Below the pieces are notes generated by a model. It ran no database searches. It was not told where the DNA came from and saw only the letters and a list, made by a program, of their open reading frames with translations. A stretch of DNA of 64,000 bases from Tubiluchus corallicola (lineage: Eukaryota > Animalia > Priapulida), in assembly GCA_030141605.1 (NCBI GenBank), contig JAQGDQ010000150.1:165978-229977 (forward strand), in the 5' to 3' direction. Positions within the stretch are counted from its first letter, which is position 1. The number at the start of each line of letters is the position of its first letter. Shown piece after piece: positions 11,301 to 43,648 of this stretch. A program made the position numbers and the translations under genes.

Positions 11301-14300
11301 TCAGTTAACTGTGAATACATGCATATTACTACCGAACATAGCAATCGGCTAAGATGTCTTTTGCTAAGATTACGGATAAACTACATGTGAGGCACATCAA
11401 TTAACAATCACAGATTCACTAATTTGCCCTCGGTTTAAATTAACTTTTTATTAAAAATGCAGTCACAAGCTTCTCGGTATTGAGTGATGTTCAAATTGTC
11501 AGCTACATAGTGCATTCAGCAGTTGCTTCATTTGCTATTACAAATACATTTTACATGGCATTTACATCAGTGTAAATTAAAGACAAAATTTTAGGCAATC
11601 TGCAACGACACTAAAGATTATAAACTGTTTATAGCTAATATTCTCCTGGCCATTCAGTAAGTGAATTATGATTTCGTATGATAAAATATGTGGCATTTTG
11701 GGTTGAGTTTAAACAGATGAACAATCACATCATAACTTAGCACTTATATAGTATTTATTGTTTAATTTATATATTAAACAGACAGTTTTAGTGTTGCACA
11801 GTCTCTTAAATGCACAATCAAAACAGTAAATACACACGTGTATAATTAGTATGCACATCTTTAAGGGTGGGGACTATTTTGTAATGTTTGGTCGGTTGAT
11901 GTGAAGTGATCTTGATACCATTTTAATTCATTATTTGTTGGTATTTAACCATAGACAATTTTACTCAAACATACATTTTTAATTATATGTTCAGAATTTT
12001 GATTTCAAGATTATTTGTTAACGACGGAATGAACACACATTAATATATTTTTTAAATCAACCCTGTTCAAAAGGAATGACTGAGAGTAAACTAACACTTG
12101 GAAAAATGGAATCAGTCGGTCAGTTCTCAAAATTTGAGACTTGCTATAATTACTGAGACAGAGTAGTCTAGCAGTCATGGAGTTCAACTTGTAAAAGAAT
12201 GAACCTTCACATTTCCTTTCTGTGGGACATATTTGGTTTCAAAATTCAATAATGTGGGTTCATTTTATCATTTGGACATTTACCGTATATACTCGCATAT
12301 AAGCCTACATCGCATATAAGCCGACCCCCTGATTTCAGTATTGTATTTTATAGTTCTAAATTCGGCTTATATGCGAGTATATACAGTAATTTTCTTGTGC
12401 TCTGATTACTTATCATCTCAGTCTCATAATAGTGCTTTGCTTTTCGAAATGACCAGTCACTACAATAGATCAAGAAGTACACTCTTTAACTCTTTGTTGA
12501 GAACAAGATGAACCGCATTTTTGTTAAATTGGTATTTCCACTCATTACAAAATGCTGGATGCTACTACACACCAATTCCTGACGTTCAACAAAAAATTTA
12601 AACCCAAGTCCAAATTTAGTCTCAAATCCTTGCCTATGTCTGTGTTGAGTCCTAAGCCACGGTTCAAGTGGTCATGTTAGACTCGAGTCGTGTTTCAAAT
12701 CAAAATAATCCAGGATTTAATTGATTCTCAACTTCCTGTTTAATAGTAATAAACTACTTTTGTTAATTTGGGTGCTAGTTTGCTTATTAAAGCACTAAAT
12801 TTATTGGGTAATATTGACATATTACATTTTGCTATACATCAGAATATCTGTGCAAAATACATTATTTTACAAATGGTTTTACGCTTTATTAGTAATTTTA
12901 CAGTGGCATCATATTAAGTATCTATATAACATAAAAGTGACATTACAATCAGTAGTACTAATTACAGTCTACAAGAAGTTATTCAAGTTACTTATTACAT
13001 TTATGAATACGATGCCAAATATCTGACAAGGCTGTGTCGCTGTGTGTTCTTATTTACAACGCACTTTGACTGAATGTCCGCTCAACTAATTGGCATGCTA
13101 GTAACTAGGTAACTAAATATCTTATCAGCCTGTTAAAAAAGTTGCTTAAGATGCATTTTGATTTTTACCGAAGCTACATTTAATGTCGTAAAAACACGGA
13201 AAATTTTTAATTAAGTATAGACATAAACACGGCTGGTGAACCTACAGACTAAGAATTACACTTTAGGCATAATACAAACATGGCTATAGACAACGAACAC
13301 CAATCAAATGTGGGATTGAAATGCTTTTGTAAGTAATAAAATCAATGCAAGTACTTCGCTATAACATGTGTAATTATTATTTGTTTTATTGTTCGTGTAG
13401 TTCGAGTCCGAGTCAAGTCAGTGCTTTGTCATTTGAAGTGCGAGTCAAGTCGCCAGTCAGTAAGTCAAGTCCAAGTCTGAGACTCGAGTACTACAACACT
13501 GGACTATACAATCACACGCAAGACCGAAAACAAATCAGCTTCAAGATATTTAAGTGTTATTTGTTACACTACTAATCATTGTTGTACTATTTAGTATAAA
13601 CTTCTAACAACAGGTGGGCAAAATAAAAAAAGCTCAACTACCAATAGTCGAATTACGATTTATATGCAATTATGTTATAACATGACAAAATGGTACTAGT
13701 ACTTGCCTAATTCAGCTTTCTGAATGACTAACTGTGCCAATGTCCAACGGCATCCAGCAATTAATGATGACAATAACACCATAACAAATCCTTCCATATT
13801 GAATTGAGTAGCTTTGTACGTGAACAAAAACAAACCTATTGATATCATTATTATCACAGAAAGTAGAGACCACCTCTGAAAAAAAGTAGAATGTGATCTA
13901 TCCTCACAAAGTAATTTTACACGTAGATAAAAGTAATTAAGTATATTTATTGTATAAAAAGGTATTGTATAAAACAGGGATGTAGTGCAAGTTAAGTGCT
14001 ACAACGATTAGAATATATTTTACTGTAGAGAAAAATGCTCAAGAAAAAAAGTAGTGATAAATAAAATAGATATACTTACAAATTTTTCTAGTTTGAACAA
14101 AATAGCAAATGCTAATATAAAAATAATGCAACTTGATTTTGTCATCGTGTACCTGAAAACATAAAATGAATGGAGTGGAGAAACCTTAAAACTCTTGGCA
14201 GTGTTTCACGTTTGTTTATTATCTTCGGTGAATGATATAGTATTAATTATAGAGGGATGAGAAAATGCTCATTAGTAAGAACACCACACATTTTGTTTTG

Positions 14301-15343
14301 AATCTGAATATTTGCTTGTAATTATTTATTCATTACTAGAGTATTGCATAAAATTGCACATTTCTCAAGGCAAAATCATCATGTGTAAATTTGAAAGAGA
14401 AATTAATTTTGTCATGAACTATTATCCACAGGGATGCAACCTTACAAGTCTAAGATACACTGAGGAATAACTGTCTGAACAAAAATGTTGTAACACAAAT
14501 TTATTTACATTTACTCACAATGACACTGTAATGAACTCAAAACTCCAGTTTGACAGGCCAATATCAAAGGAACTACATGCACCTGTAATAAATCAATTAT
14601 GGTATTAATAATTATTACTAGCGATCAAACTATTTATACTGGTCCATTTTTTGAATGAGTTATTCTCATTTCACAAGAAAAATGGCAAAACGACAAATAT
14701 TATTAATGAGTCAGACAATACAAATATACTTTTTCTGCAATTTGAATTAACAGGAAAATTTCATGAAGTTAACAAAACCCATGTGTGCATTGTATGTTAC
14801 TACTACAAGTATTGATATATTTTGGAGTTTTGTGCCACATTATATAAAGAAGAAATTCTACAGGTTATACCAATAAAGCAAATCTACCTGTAGGTAGCAA
14901 CTTTTTAACATAATCATTCCAGCCCAATGTTACTCGCTTTTTCTTGGTAAAACATTCTGCTCCAACTCTACACATGGCTGCAAGGATGAATTTCACCACC
15001 AGGTGGCAAACAACAACAGATAGTGGATAGTGAAATCCCTACATAAAATAAGTTTGTTAAATGCTGGAAGAAAAAAATAATACATTCACGATCAAACTTG
15101 AGACTGCTTTTTCAAATTTTTCATTAATTATAATTTTAAAATAGGCTACTTTAAAACTATAATACAAATAAAGACAAAGCTATAAAACAAATATCGTTTG
15201 GTCCTTACCTGAATAAACCACTGCTGGTAGAAAACAAGACTGATAGAAAATGTATAATAAACAACAATCAAGGTTATGGTTTTCACAGCGAGTGTCAAAA
15301 AATTTGCAGTGCAGATCGAATCCTTGACCACATTTTTTAGCAT
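1753..15343 (-). CDS. SLC35C2: Solute carrier family 35 member C2-like nucleotide-sugar (GDP-fucose-related) transporter, 9 coding exons, 368 aa
   Basis: Exons 15343-15209, 15038-14888, 14582-14519, 14152-14080, 13875-13707, 10282-10199, 9038-8863, 7910-7781 and 1877-1753 join in frame (1107 nt). Family motifs: [104 protein letters not shown], plus an acidic C-terminal tail. Introns 5 and 8 use GC donors. Confidence 0.92.
5935..6066. mobile_element. Small hAT-type MITE nested in the Kolobok-like element
   Basis: Termini tATAaGCGTA and TACGCCTATG. 8-bp TSD tgagacaa (5927-5934) and taagacaa (6067-6074), one mismatch. Confidence 0.6.
6283..6799. repeat. Near-perfect tandem duplication, 259-bp period
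   Basis: 6283-6540 and 6542-6799 differ by about 2 substitutions. Each copy contains GGCCGCCATCTTG. Confidence 0.95.
10688..11007. repeat. Two diverged copies of a ~75-bp repeat (Helentron/HINE-like fragment)
   Basis: acctac..ttgc(a/g)ttataatgg(c/t)gttatca..ccac..taccta/taccct..cttatat at about 10688-10775 and 10940-11007. The family assignment is tentative. Confidence 0.4.
12283..12386. mobile_element. Tc1/mariner-type MITE (104 bp)
   Basis: TIRs CCGTATATACTCGCATATAAGCC and GGCTTATATGCGAGTATATACAG, flanked by TA on both sides. Confidence 0.85.
12600..13502. mobile_element. Degenerate hAT-like MITE with CGAGTC/CAAGTC subterminal repeats
   Basis: The right end GAGACTCGAGTACTACAACACTGG is preceded by repeated cgagtc/caagtc (13400-13480). 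Similar motifs occur at 12600-12690. The left terminus is not resolved. Confidence 0.4.
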
Positions 15344-18300
15344 TTTGGTTTCCTGTTTAACTAAAAAAAGTGAAAAATGCACATCTTTCAATTTCTGGTA
15401 GGCAGGTAAACCTAACTACATTCAGTAACTAACTAGTCATTAACTAATCAGTTTAACTAAATTTCTTAGTAATAACAACAGTTTACACATATAACACACT
15501 CAGGAGATTAGATACTATTCCAGATACAAAGTGAGTGAAAATGTTAATTTTTATGCCAAGATATTACTACATAAAATGAAAATTGCTTATGTAACCTAAA
15601 ACTGTACAAAAATATCATGCACCGAATGGTTTTGTACTTCTTTGTCAACTACAACAATGCAATACAAATGTTAAAAGGGATCTAGAATCTTCTCATTCTT
15701 AAAATGTTTTAATTTTAGTTATTTTTAAATAGCATATTTTTAAATTTTTATATTTTTATTATCTTTAAAAATCAATCTTTCTTCTTGCTCACAATTAGCC
15801 AAGCATGGCAAGAAATTTACACTGCACTAATTACTCGAGCAGTCTCTGGAGCATTACCTAGCAAGCATAGATGTAGCTTTTAAAACTAGAAGAAAGGGAA
15901 CACTAACAACAACTTTGACAAGGTATGGCCTTAATTACTGGCAGCTGCCATTAGAATATCCAACATTTGCAGAGTTAATTAATGTCAAAACAAGATAAAA
16001 ATGTCAAGGTGTTGAAAAAACAGTGAGTTGCAAAAATAAAACTCAGAAATGTTTGTTAGTATATTTTCAAAAGAAATAAACCTAAAAAAAATCTGCCAGT
16101 TAAGAGAGAAAACATCTGTGCTACGTGCCAATGACCAGACTTTCCTGAGATGTGAGGTCTGCTTCTTCAAGCAACACTTTTGCTGCAAATACCATGTAAA
16201 CATTAAAAATGGTAAATGAATTTGCAGAAAAGATGGAAAAGTGGTGAGAAGTGGAAGGATGAATAAAGTTGTATAAATAATGTCCCTAAAGATGAGAACA
16301 TAAATTATGGTCTGATCTATCTATATTTCAATTCAGATAGTTGTGTGCTCTGAAAATATTGCTGAAAAATGTTAAACTTGATCTTCAGGAACTAAAGCGT
16401 TAGGAAATCTTAACCTTTTCCAGATAGCAATGGAAATTGAGCAGTATCTATTTATTTAACCAAAATATTGAATACAGAGCAGTTCTTCCGTTTTCTGTAA
16501 ATGTGAAGCAAGTTCAACTTCAGCTAATTCTGAGCAAAACAGGACGATAGTTTCAATTGCCAATAAGTATTAGTTTAATGGATTAACTTAAGATTCGGAA
16601 TAATTACTCGCCAAAAGGTGCTTTTTATTTTGTAAAACAAAAAATATTTGAAGTAGTTCTAAATTAATGGACTTACTAGGTTGTAACCTGTCACAAGCAC
16701 GGAACCCACACTCTACTGCTGAACGTGCTACAAGCAAAACATTACTATAATTGAAAGCTTATATAATCGACTATTAATTAGCCTAAATTAGGCTATGCTG
16801 TTATACTTTATACTATTTAATTAAACAGTATTAAATTTAAATAATTGGCTAAGTCGGTCTATAAACAAGCAGGTAACAGAGCTGCAAATGTGCACCGCCA
16901 CAAATTCAGAAAACAAGAAAACAACTTATCTAAGACTTATAGTAATATAATAACAACAAATAAGTATATCAAAAACAAAACTAATTAACTTTTTCTATTG
17001 CCCAGTTAAAATGAAACTTTAGTAACTGTTTCATGGGTCACATATATTACTGCAATGCGGCTAAAGGGCTGAATAGTGGACTTAATAGATTTGTCTGAAA
17101 ATTTCAGTGAAAAATAGATTTACTATATTTTTTAATTTGCTAATAACTTGCTAACCCAATTTTGCTAAAAAATGGACTTGAGGTTTTTTGTTGAAAATGG
17201 GGAAGTTACTCAACTTCTGCAATTTAATCAGTAAAAAGGGCAAATTTATATTGAGAATAGAAATTAAGCATTGTTAAAACCTTACAATATAAACCCACAA
17301 GAAAACTTTTAAGTAGTGCGATCTAACATCAACTAGAGACATGCACTCAGTTACTCAGTAAGAACGTATATTTGAAAAAATTCCACTCAAATTACAGTAT
17401 AATGTTTTAGTGTGCATTGTGCACCTAAGTGTAAACAGCATAATCTTTCTTCCACCGCCACTTCCATGACTGATTCAAAAACCAAACTAATCACTATGAA
17501 TTTGAAATGCTCATGACTCACAAAAAATGACAACAGTAAAAACAATAAATAATATTGTATAAACGGTATCTCTAAAGTTCGTCTAATATACATTATAACT
17601 ATTGTACATTTTGTAACTTTGAAGAAAACACCTTAGTAATAATTATAGCTGAGTCATGTGAGGAAAGGTAGCATATGAATCTACTTCCTTTACCTTTTTA
17701 GAGAAACAGAAGATTGGGTCAAAGAGGAAATTGTTACTTAAAAATATTTATTCAAAAGAAACTTCATTTTAGTAGAATCCTTCTTTCTCATTCTTTTACT
17801 TTTTTTAATATTTATAAAAATTCTCAATTCAGTTGAATTTCAATTTATTGCCGAAATATGCAATTTACGTTATGGTACATTTAACCAAAAATATGAGAGC
17901 CAAACGGTCTGTGAACTGGACCATCTGGTACTATAGGCTAATACATTCCAAGAAACATTTTAAATAAATAAGACTTAACACATTTTTTTTCATGAAATTT
18001 AAAAGGTTTAGTGACACAAAAGAAGAAAAAAGTATTTGAATGTAAGAACCATCTAACTAATAACATAATTTGATATCCTGAAAACTCCACAAATTTATTA
18101 CTACATACTGCAATTTACTCATTAACTTTCAGGTACAACTAGTGCCAATGAATCAGTCAATCCAATCACCAATTAGCAAAATGGCCAGTATTACAGACAT
18201 AGACATAAACTCTAATATGAAACAAACCTGCCACTAACAAGACACATAAACACACTAACTTTGCTAATAATGCAGTGAATTAATACAAATAAGTCACCAT

Positions 18301-19079
18301 TGTTTATCGTCTACATGCTTATACCTTCTAAAATGTGGAATGCTCCACCTGTTGCTGCCAGCGCGCCTATCTGCTGTTATCACTACAATGCATCATCCCT
18401 CAAATCTAGAGTTATTTTTGCTATAACTTTTTGCTGTATATCTATATATGTTTATAGTTCAGCTCTCTTGGCTTTTTTGTCATTTCAAAACCTTTATGCA
18501 ATGCTATCAGGAGAGGAGATTCCTGAGATAGTCTTAGTACTTGCCTTTTACAAGCAATCTTCTCACTTAATTTTTTTCACACCAAGTGCTCTTCTTCACC
18601 ACATCACATAGATCATCATTAGATATTAGGTCAGGCCATTTCATACTTAATAATTTTCTACAGTGAAATTGTCTAAAGTCTCAATTTTCTTATGTAGTTT
18701 AACTCTTTAATTTCGAAGAATTGTCAGTTCCTCACCTCAAATTGACATGTTCTGTCTTCATGTTGTAGACCTTAACATTATACTTTTCTAAATTGCGTGC
18801 CCTTATATCTTGCAGATGATAATGCAAATCAATCGTCACAGTCATTTGCATGCTTTTACGTTCTAAAACATGGTATGCTCCACCTGTTAATGCCAAGCAC
18901 TGCTCCAAGGCATTATCACTATAATTTAGAGTTGCATTTGCTAAATATTTTTACAGAATACCTATAGTTCAGCTCATTTCCTAGACTTATTTGTACAAAG
19001 GTGAACAGAAAAAAATTTAAACCAAATTCTTAAGTTCAATCTCACGAAGTCTCTTCATTACGACACTAAGAAACTTTTT

Positions 19080-20520
19080 GCCACAATTAATGTTTTGAAA
19101 TGATAACCAACTCACATACTCCTCATCTGAAACACCATCCCAAACAACCTTTCAGCTCTCATTTTCCTAAAATTCATGTAATGTAACAAAAAATTACCAA
19201 TGTTTCTAACTCTAAGCCACATCTACAAATTCTATCTTGTTCATCCATGTTCCATTCAAACAGTGTATTACCATTTATTTCTATAGCTCACCCCCTCATC
19301 TTTGGTGTCTGACAAGCCACCTGAACCGGTCGCTTATTAGACACAGAACCTGACATACCACGAAGAAAAATTCTAGCACTGTTTATTCAGATCTATCAAC
19401 AGTTTTTTATTCAGGCCTCTTTTGAAACCAAAGTCCGAATCCCTTTAACTTTAGTTGAACCTTTAGTTGCATTTTCATACAATGCTGAGTTACGCACAAC
19501 AAAAGTTAAACAGCAGAAGGAAACTAACATTTTTCAAAGACGTCTCTATAGAAATTTATCAGCTTTAAATAGCCTGACAGAATATCAAATGATGTGATGA
19601 AGACTGAAGAACCCTTGGAGTAAACAAATCCCAGCAAGAAGACTGTTCTGGCCTGGGCATGCACTAAGAGTAAGAATCTTCTGTTCCCATAGCATTACGT
19701 AAAGCTCTTGAAATGACAAAAAAAAGCCAAGAGGAGCTAAGCTACTGATGCAAATCTTTTTTGTCAGTTCAACTTCTTCTTCAAAGTCTCATTCCATCTT
19801 TTGCAGACATGGAGGCATTACCATTCATTAGAACATTCCACCCACTCCTATGTGTAGCTAACAACATAAGTTCTTTTCCTCTTAAAACTTTGTTTGGTTA
19901 AAGTTGTTGAACATCTTTATTTATCTTAGTTATCCAAGTTACTTTCGGTTTGCCTATTGTTTTTTTGCAAGGTTTTAAGGCTTCCTCTAAGGCAATTCTT
20001 ACTGTTGTTTCACTTGGTAATCTGAAGTGACTTAGCCATCGTAATCTTCGAAGCTTCTTTTGAACTCCAAAAGATTTCTTTCGTTTCTGTGTATAAATCT
20101 GCATTTTTGATTATATACGGTCATCTTATCCTTAAAATTTTCGTTGGAATTAAAATGTGTCAATCTGCTTTTCTTCAGTAATGGTTACGCACCATATTTC
20201 ACTGTTCTACATAAATATGCCGGTAACGTATGAAGGAAATTAATTTCTTATGTTGAAGAAAAGCATGCATTGTTTTCTGTTTTCTATTAATTTTTTTAAT
20301 AATCATCTTCGGTGTTTTTTGTTTGTTTAAAAGAGTGCCCATATTTTTACACTTTCCCTGACTGATTACCATCTCTTGCAGTACTATGTTCATCTGTTTT
20401 TGACTGGTTTACTTGAAGATTTCTTTTTTCTAATTTATTTGGAAAATCTCTTTTTACTGAGTCAATGTGAAAATTTCAATTCCAATCGCCAACCATCATC
20501 ATCATCATCCAATGAATCAT
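19080..20520 (-). mobile_element. Cluster of RTE-like LINE 3' fragments, mostly minus strand, with one plus-strand piece at about 19560-19745
   Basis: RRLRWLSHFRLPSETTVRIALEEALKPCKKTIGKPKVTWITKINKD (19898-20104) and KCKNMGTLL (20199-20393). The plus piece reads PWSKQIPARRLFWPGHALR. (ATC)n run at about 20494-20509. Confidence 0.7.
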
Positions 20521-20793
20521 GCATCCAGGGACATGATTCTGTTCACCTCCCTATGCCAGGACTCCCTGCTTGCCGCAATGCCCCAAGAGCATTGATTTCT
20601 AAGTATCAATGCTGAAGTGTTTAAAGCTTTCTGGGCAAAATCTAAAATTGAAGGAAACAAACTTTTAAAAGATTTAGACAAATATGGAACAGCCAACCAC
20701 TACCAACCAGCCACAGTGTCAATACAAGAAATCTTACATTCATTAGCCCTGCGGCCTTTTCCTGCACTTTGCTGGGGCTGCCTATTCTTGCTA

Positions 20794-20807
20794 GTTGCTA
20801 TAGTAAC
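20794..20807 (+). promoter_or_regulatory. RFX X-box, candidate TSNAXIP1 promoter element
   Basis: GTTGCTATAGTAAC matches GTYNCY-AT-RGNAAC exactly. An E-box CACGTG follows at 20811-20816. The site is about 2.4 kb upstream of the ATG of a ciliary-type gene. Confidence 0.55.
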
Positions 20808-20999
20808 GTTCACGTGTTGTGTTCAGCGAAAATTAGTCGTTTTAGAACAGTTATTGCCACAAAAATCTCCTATTCTTACAACACTTCGTAAAGCTCTTGA
20901 AACGCCAAGAAAGCCCAGAGAAACTGAGCTGCCGCCATACGCTTTAAGAATATTTACGGTGCTTACGCTATAGTGTATATATTTATCAGAAAGATATAT

Positions 21000-21445
21000 T
21001 GTTTATGGAAGGTGTACAACTACAAAGGCGTGTTACAAGAATAATAATTAATATTAGCTTGTAAAAATCTGACATATTTGGAAAGATTAATATATTATAG
21101 TTTGGCCACGCTTGAATTAAGAAGATACCGTGGAGATCTTATTGAAGTTTATAAAATATTAACTAGAAAAGAAAACATTTTGCCCGAAAAATTCTTTAAT
21201 TTAGTTGTTGATTCTAGAACTAGGACATAATTCAAATGTTTAAAGAGCAGTCAAGTCTTGACATTCGTAAATATTCATTTGCTGTTAGAGTTGTGAGTGA
21301 ATGGAATAATCTGCCTGCCATGGTGATTGCCGCACCAACTACAGTAAAGTTGAAATCCTTAATTGACAATTATTCTGTGGGAAAATATGGGGTTTCTATG
21401 AGTGTACTTGCTTAACCCCTAATCATGACAGTATAACAGTATATC
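21000..21445 (+). mobile_element. CR1-type LINE 3' end fragment
   Basis: Reads TLELRRYRGDLIEVYKILTRKENI...RKYSFAVRVVSEWNNLPAMV and ends in a short tandem tail acagtataacagtata. Confidence 0.8.
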
Positions 21446-22435
21446 TCCACAGTTTTTTTGCTGTATTTTCTCCATATGCACATGCTCAGTCACGCAGTAT
21501 TAAAAAAATATAATTCTTACGAATGTTAGTGATTTTTTTGTTTTTTTTTCAGTTTTAATTCCATTTTTGTATAATTAACTCAGTTTGTAAATTGTAGGCT
21601 GTAAGTGTAAAGCCTTCATCACTTAATCCATTGCCAACAAAATAAAGCATTTAAAGCAAAGTGTTTTCTGGATGTTGGAGGTCATAACAGTGTAACAGTG
21701 GGAACCCCATTAATCCATGTAAGGGAGAATTAGGCTGGGGCAGGGTCTAAAAATTAATGGCACCATTTAGAGCAATAATGACGTGATGTGATAGCTGACA
21801 AGATACATTGAATCTTTCTTGTAAGTTTAGCTAATGGGAATTTAAGTGTCTGTTAATTGACAGTACAACCTTTTTTGTTGAAATTGTGAGTCAGCAGCCT
21901 CCAGGGAAGAGGATGTTTAGCGTGGCTATTTGGGGACCAGACATTTTGGTGCCAGCACGGCCCACAGTATACTGTTACATCCACGTTGACTTAGTCGTGC
22001 AAGAATACATTATTTCTGTGTTGCTGTATTAATCACGTTGGCTAATTGGATGGTAAACTCAATCACAACTTGTATTTTCTGGGAAACCTCATCCATTGCC
22101 TAATTAGTGATTGCCATGTACATCTACATGTTTATAAAACATCCAAAGTCTTTAAAGAAAATTCTAAGAAAAGAAATAATTAGTTTCGTGAGTGTGATCA
22201 TTTAACTAAAACTATAAATAATTATATATGCCTAGTACACCTCACTTAATACCTGTAAAACACTTTTGCAGTGTAATTAGTATTATTGTGCATTTCGGAA
22301 GAGATACAGTACAAATACTAAGCAATTATTGTTGATGTTCAAAAATACTAGTAATCATATAGCATTTAACTGGCTCACTAACTGATATAGTTGGTAGTTT
22401 TCAGCCAGTCATTGATGTAGCGTAAGCAACTAATG

Positions 22436-22765
22436 AATTAAATAACTTATTCTCTACTAAGTCTGTTTCTTCTAAAGCACACCAAGTGTTCAATGGGCTT
22501 ACTAGTTAAGTTGCTGCACTATAATTGTGATATCGAATATTACTACATTTAGTGAAGTGCGACAATTTTTAAAAAAATATTGTGAGTATTAGGAAAATAG
22601 TGAGACATTAAAAATTTAACAGACAATTTAGCGAAATTAAGTACAATTCTCTACTAGGTCGGTTTTTTCTAAAACACACCAAGTGTTCAATGGGTTTACT
22701 AGTTAAATTGTTGCACTATAATTGCTATATCGCGTATTACTATATTTAGTTAAGTGCGACAATTT
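22436..22765. repeat. Direct duplication of ~130 bp upstream of TSNAXIP1
   Basis: ttctctacta...cacaccaagtgttcaatggg...gcactataattg...aagtgcgacaattt occurs at about 22436-22568 and 22635-22765. Confidence 0.85.
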
Positions 22766-23214
22766 CAACACCCTCCAACAGCCAGTACTAATGTTACCTA
22801 CCGAGTATGTTGTTATGGCATTATCATGTATAACACATCTTGCTGAATTCATAAATCAACCATTGCAAAGTGGCACACTTTTTTGGCTGGGATGAACTAT
22901 AATTTAACTCATGCTGGCGAGACTGTGATAGTTTACTCTACTGCAACTCTGGCTGAGAAATTTGAACATGGCTGAATGCTTTGAGCTTTGTTTGCTATAT
23001 TATGCATTGTAAGTGATGTCAAGCAAACTGGTAATTTGTGCTGCCTAATTTTCAGGCATATTTTTAGTGTTATAGTTGGAAAGCCTGCATGTCTAATGCT
23101 TAACTGCCTTTCGATGGTGTAATATATCATTCACATCTGGTACAACATAAATCAAAGTACATGTAAACATGTTAGTTTGAAGTAATTTAATTTTTTTAAA
23201 AGCAGTATAAAATC

Positions 23215-42626
<19,412 letters not shown>

Positions 42627-43089
42627 AATTTATTAATGTACACAAGATAGTTCACGTAGTTACAATAAAATCACGTTTTTATCGAATTGTACAAAACTGT
42701 GATTGTCTCTTTCTTTACTATCTCCAAAATATGAACAGAAATTGCTGTAGACTAATTTAGAAGAAATTACAAGTACATAATTTAGCATCTGGGTGTATAT
42801 ATATTTTCAGGTGACATTATTAACAAGTAATACTCTCACTTTGGCAATAAGTCAATTGTTTTTATTGTAAGTAATTAAAAACTCAATAACATGTTTCTTT
42901 TGCTGTTATTAGTAAAGTTCTAACTCGCTAATTAGCATTTTTAATTTTCATTTTTGTTTAACTTATTACATTTATTCATTACTCAAATCTTATTTACTAC
43001 AGTTTCCTAATGCAGCTGTAAATTAATCATGATTATCACGATGTGAAAATTATTATGCTGGCAAAACAAACCAACAATTAATTAAATTT

Positions 43090-43250
43090 TGGTACCAAAT
43101 TTGAAAGATGGGAAATGAGGAAAAAGTTTAGATACAGCCTGGATTTGAACCAGCTGCTTACAAGGCACTGGAGCTCCTAGTGGTCAAGACATGTTCATGC
43201 CTATAACTCGCCAACTGAATTCAGCATTTCCAATCGCACTAGAGTGATTC
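43090..43250 (-). mobile_element. tRNA-derived SINE between the convergent 3' ends of TSNAXIP1 and TEX10
   Basis: The minus strand has an A-box-like TGGCGAGTTATAGG and B-box GGTTCAAATCC. It is flanked by similar caattaattaa(a)tttt copies (TSD-like). It does not fold as a full cloverleaf. Confidence 0.55.
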
Positions 43251-43648
43251 TAACCAATTAATTAATTTTATTTTGACAAGTTTTAAGAAGAAGTTTATCA
43301 TTGCACTCAGGTTTTAGCCGCCTACATGCCTCTGAAAAGAATAGTGCTGGCGACATGCAGTGTGTTAAATTTCACAGTTCACACATGTAAATATAACAGT
43401 GAGCTATTATTCTGAGCTATGTGAGCTAAACTTGTTTTACTTTTTTTACTTGCTTACAAAATAAGTTGAGTATGCTGCAAGCAAATAGTAAAGATTTCCC
43501 TGTACTCCAAACAGTCTCTCAATTCCACAAATGTTTTAATTCATAGAAACCTTGTCGTGCAGACTAAATTGTGTTCTTTCTTTCTCATTTTGCTTAGCAA
43601 GTGTCTCACAATATCGCAAACTTTACAGATCATCAACTCCTCAGATCT

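Noticed and set aside
15985-16650. Possible hAT (Charlie-like) transposase relic on the minus strand
   Set aside because: Only vague motif resemblance; too degraded to support.
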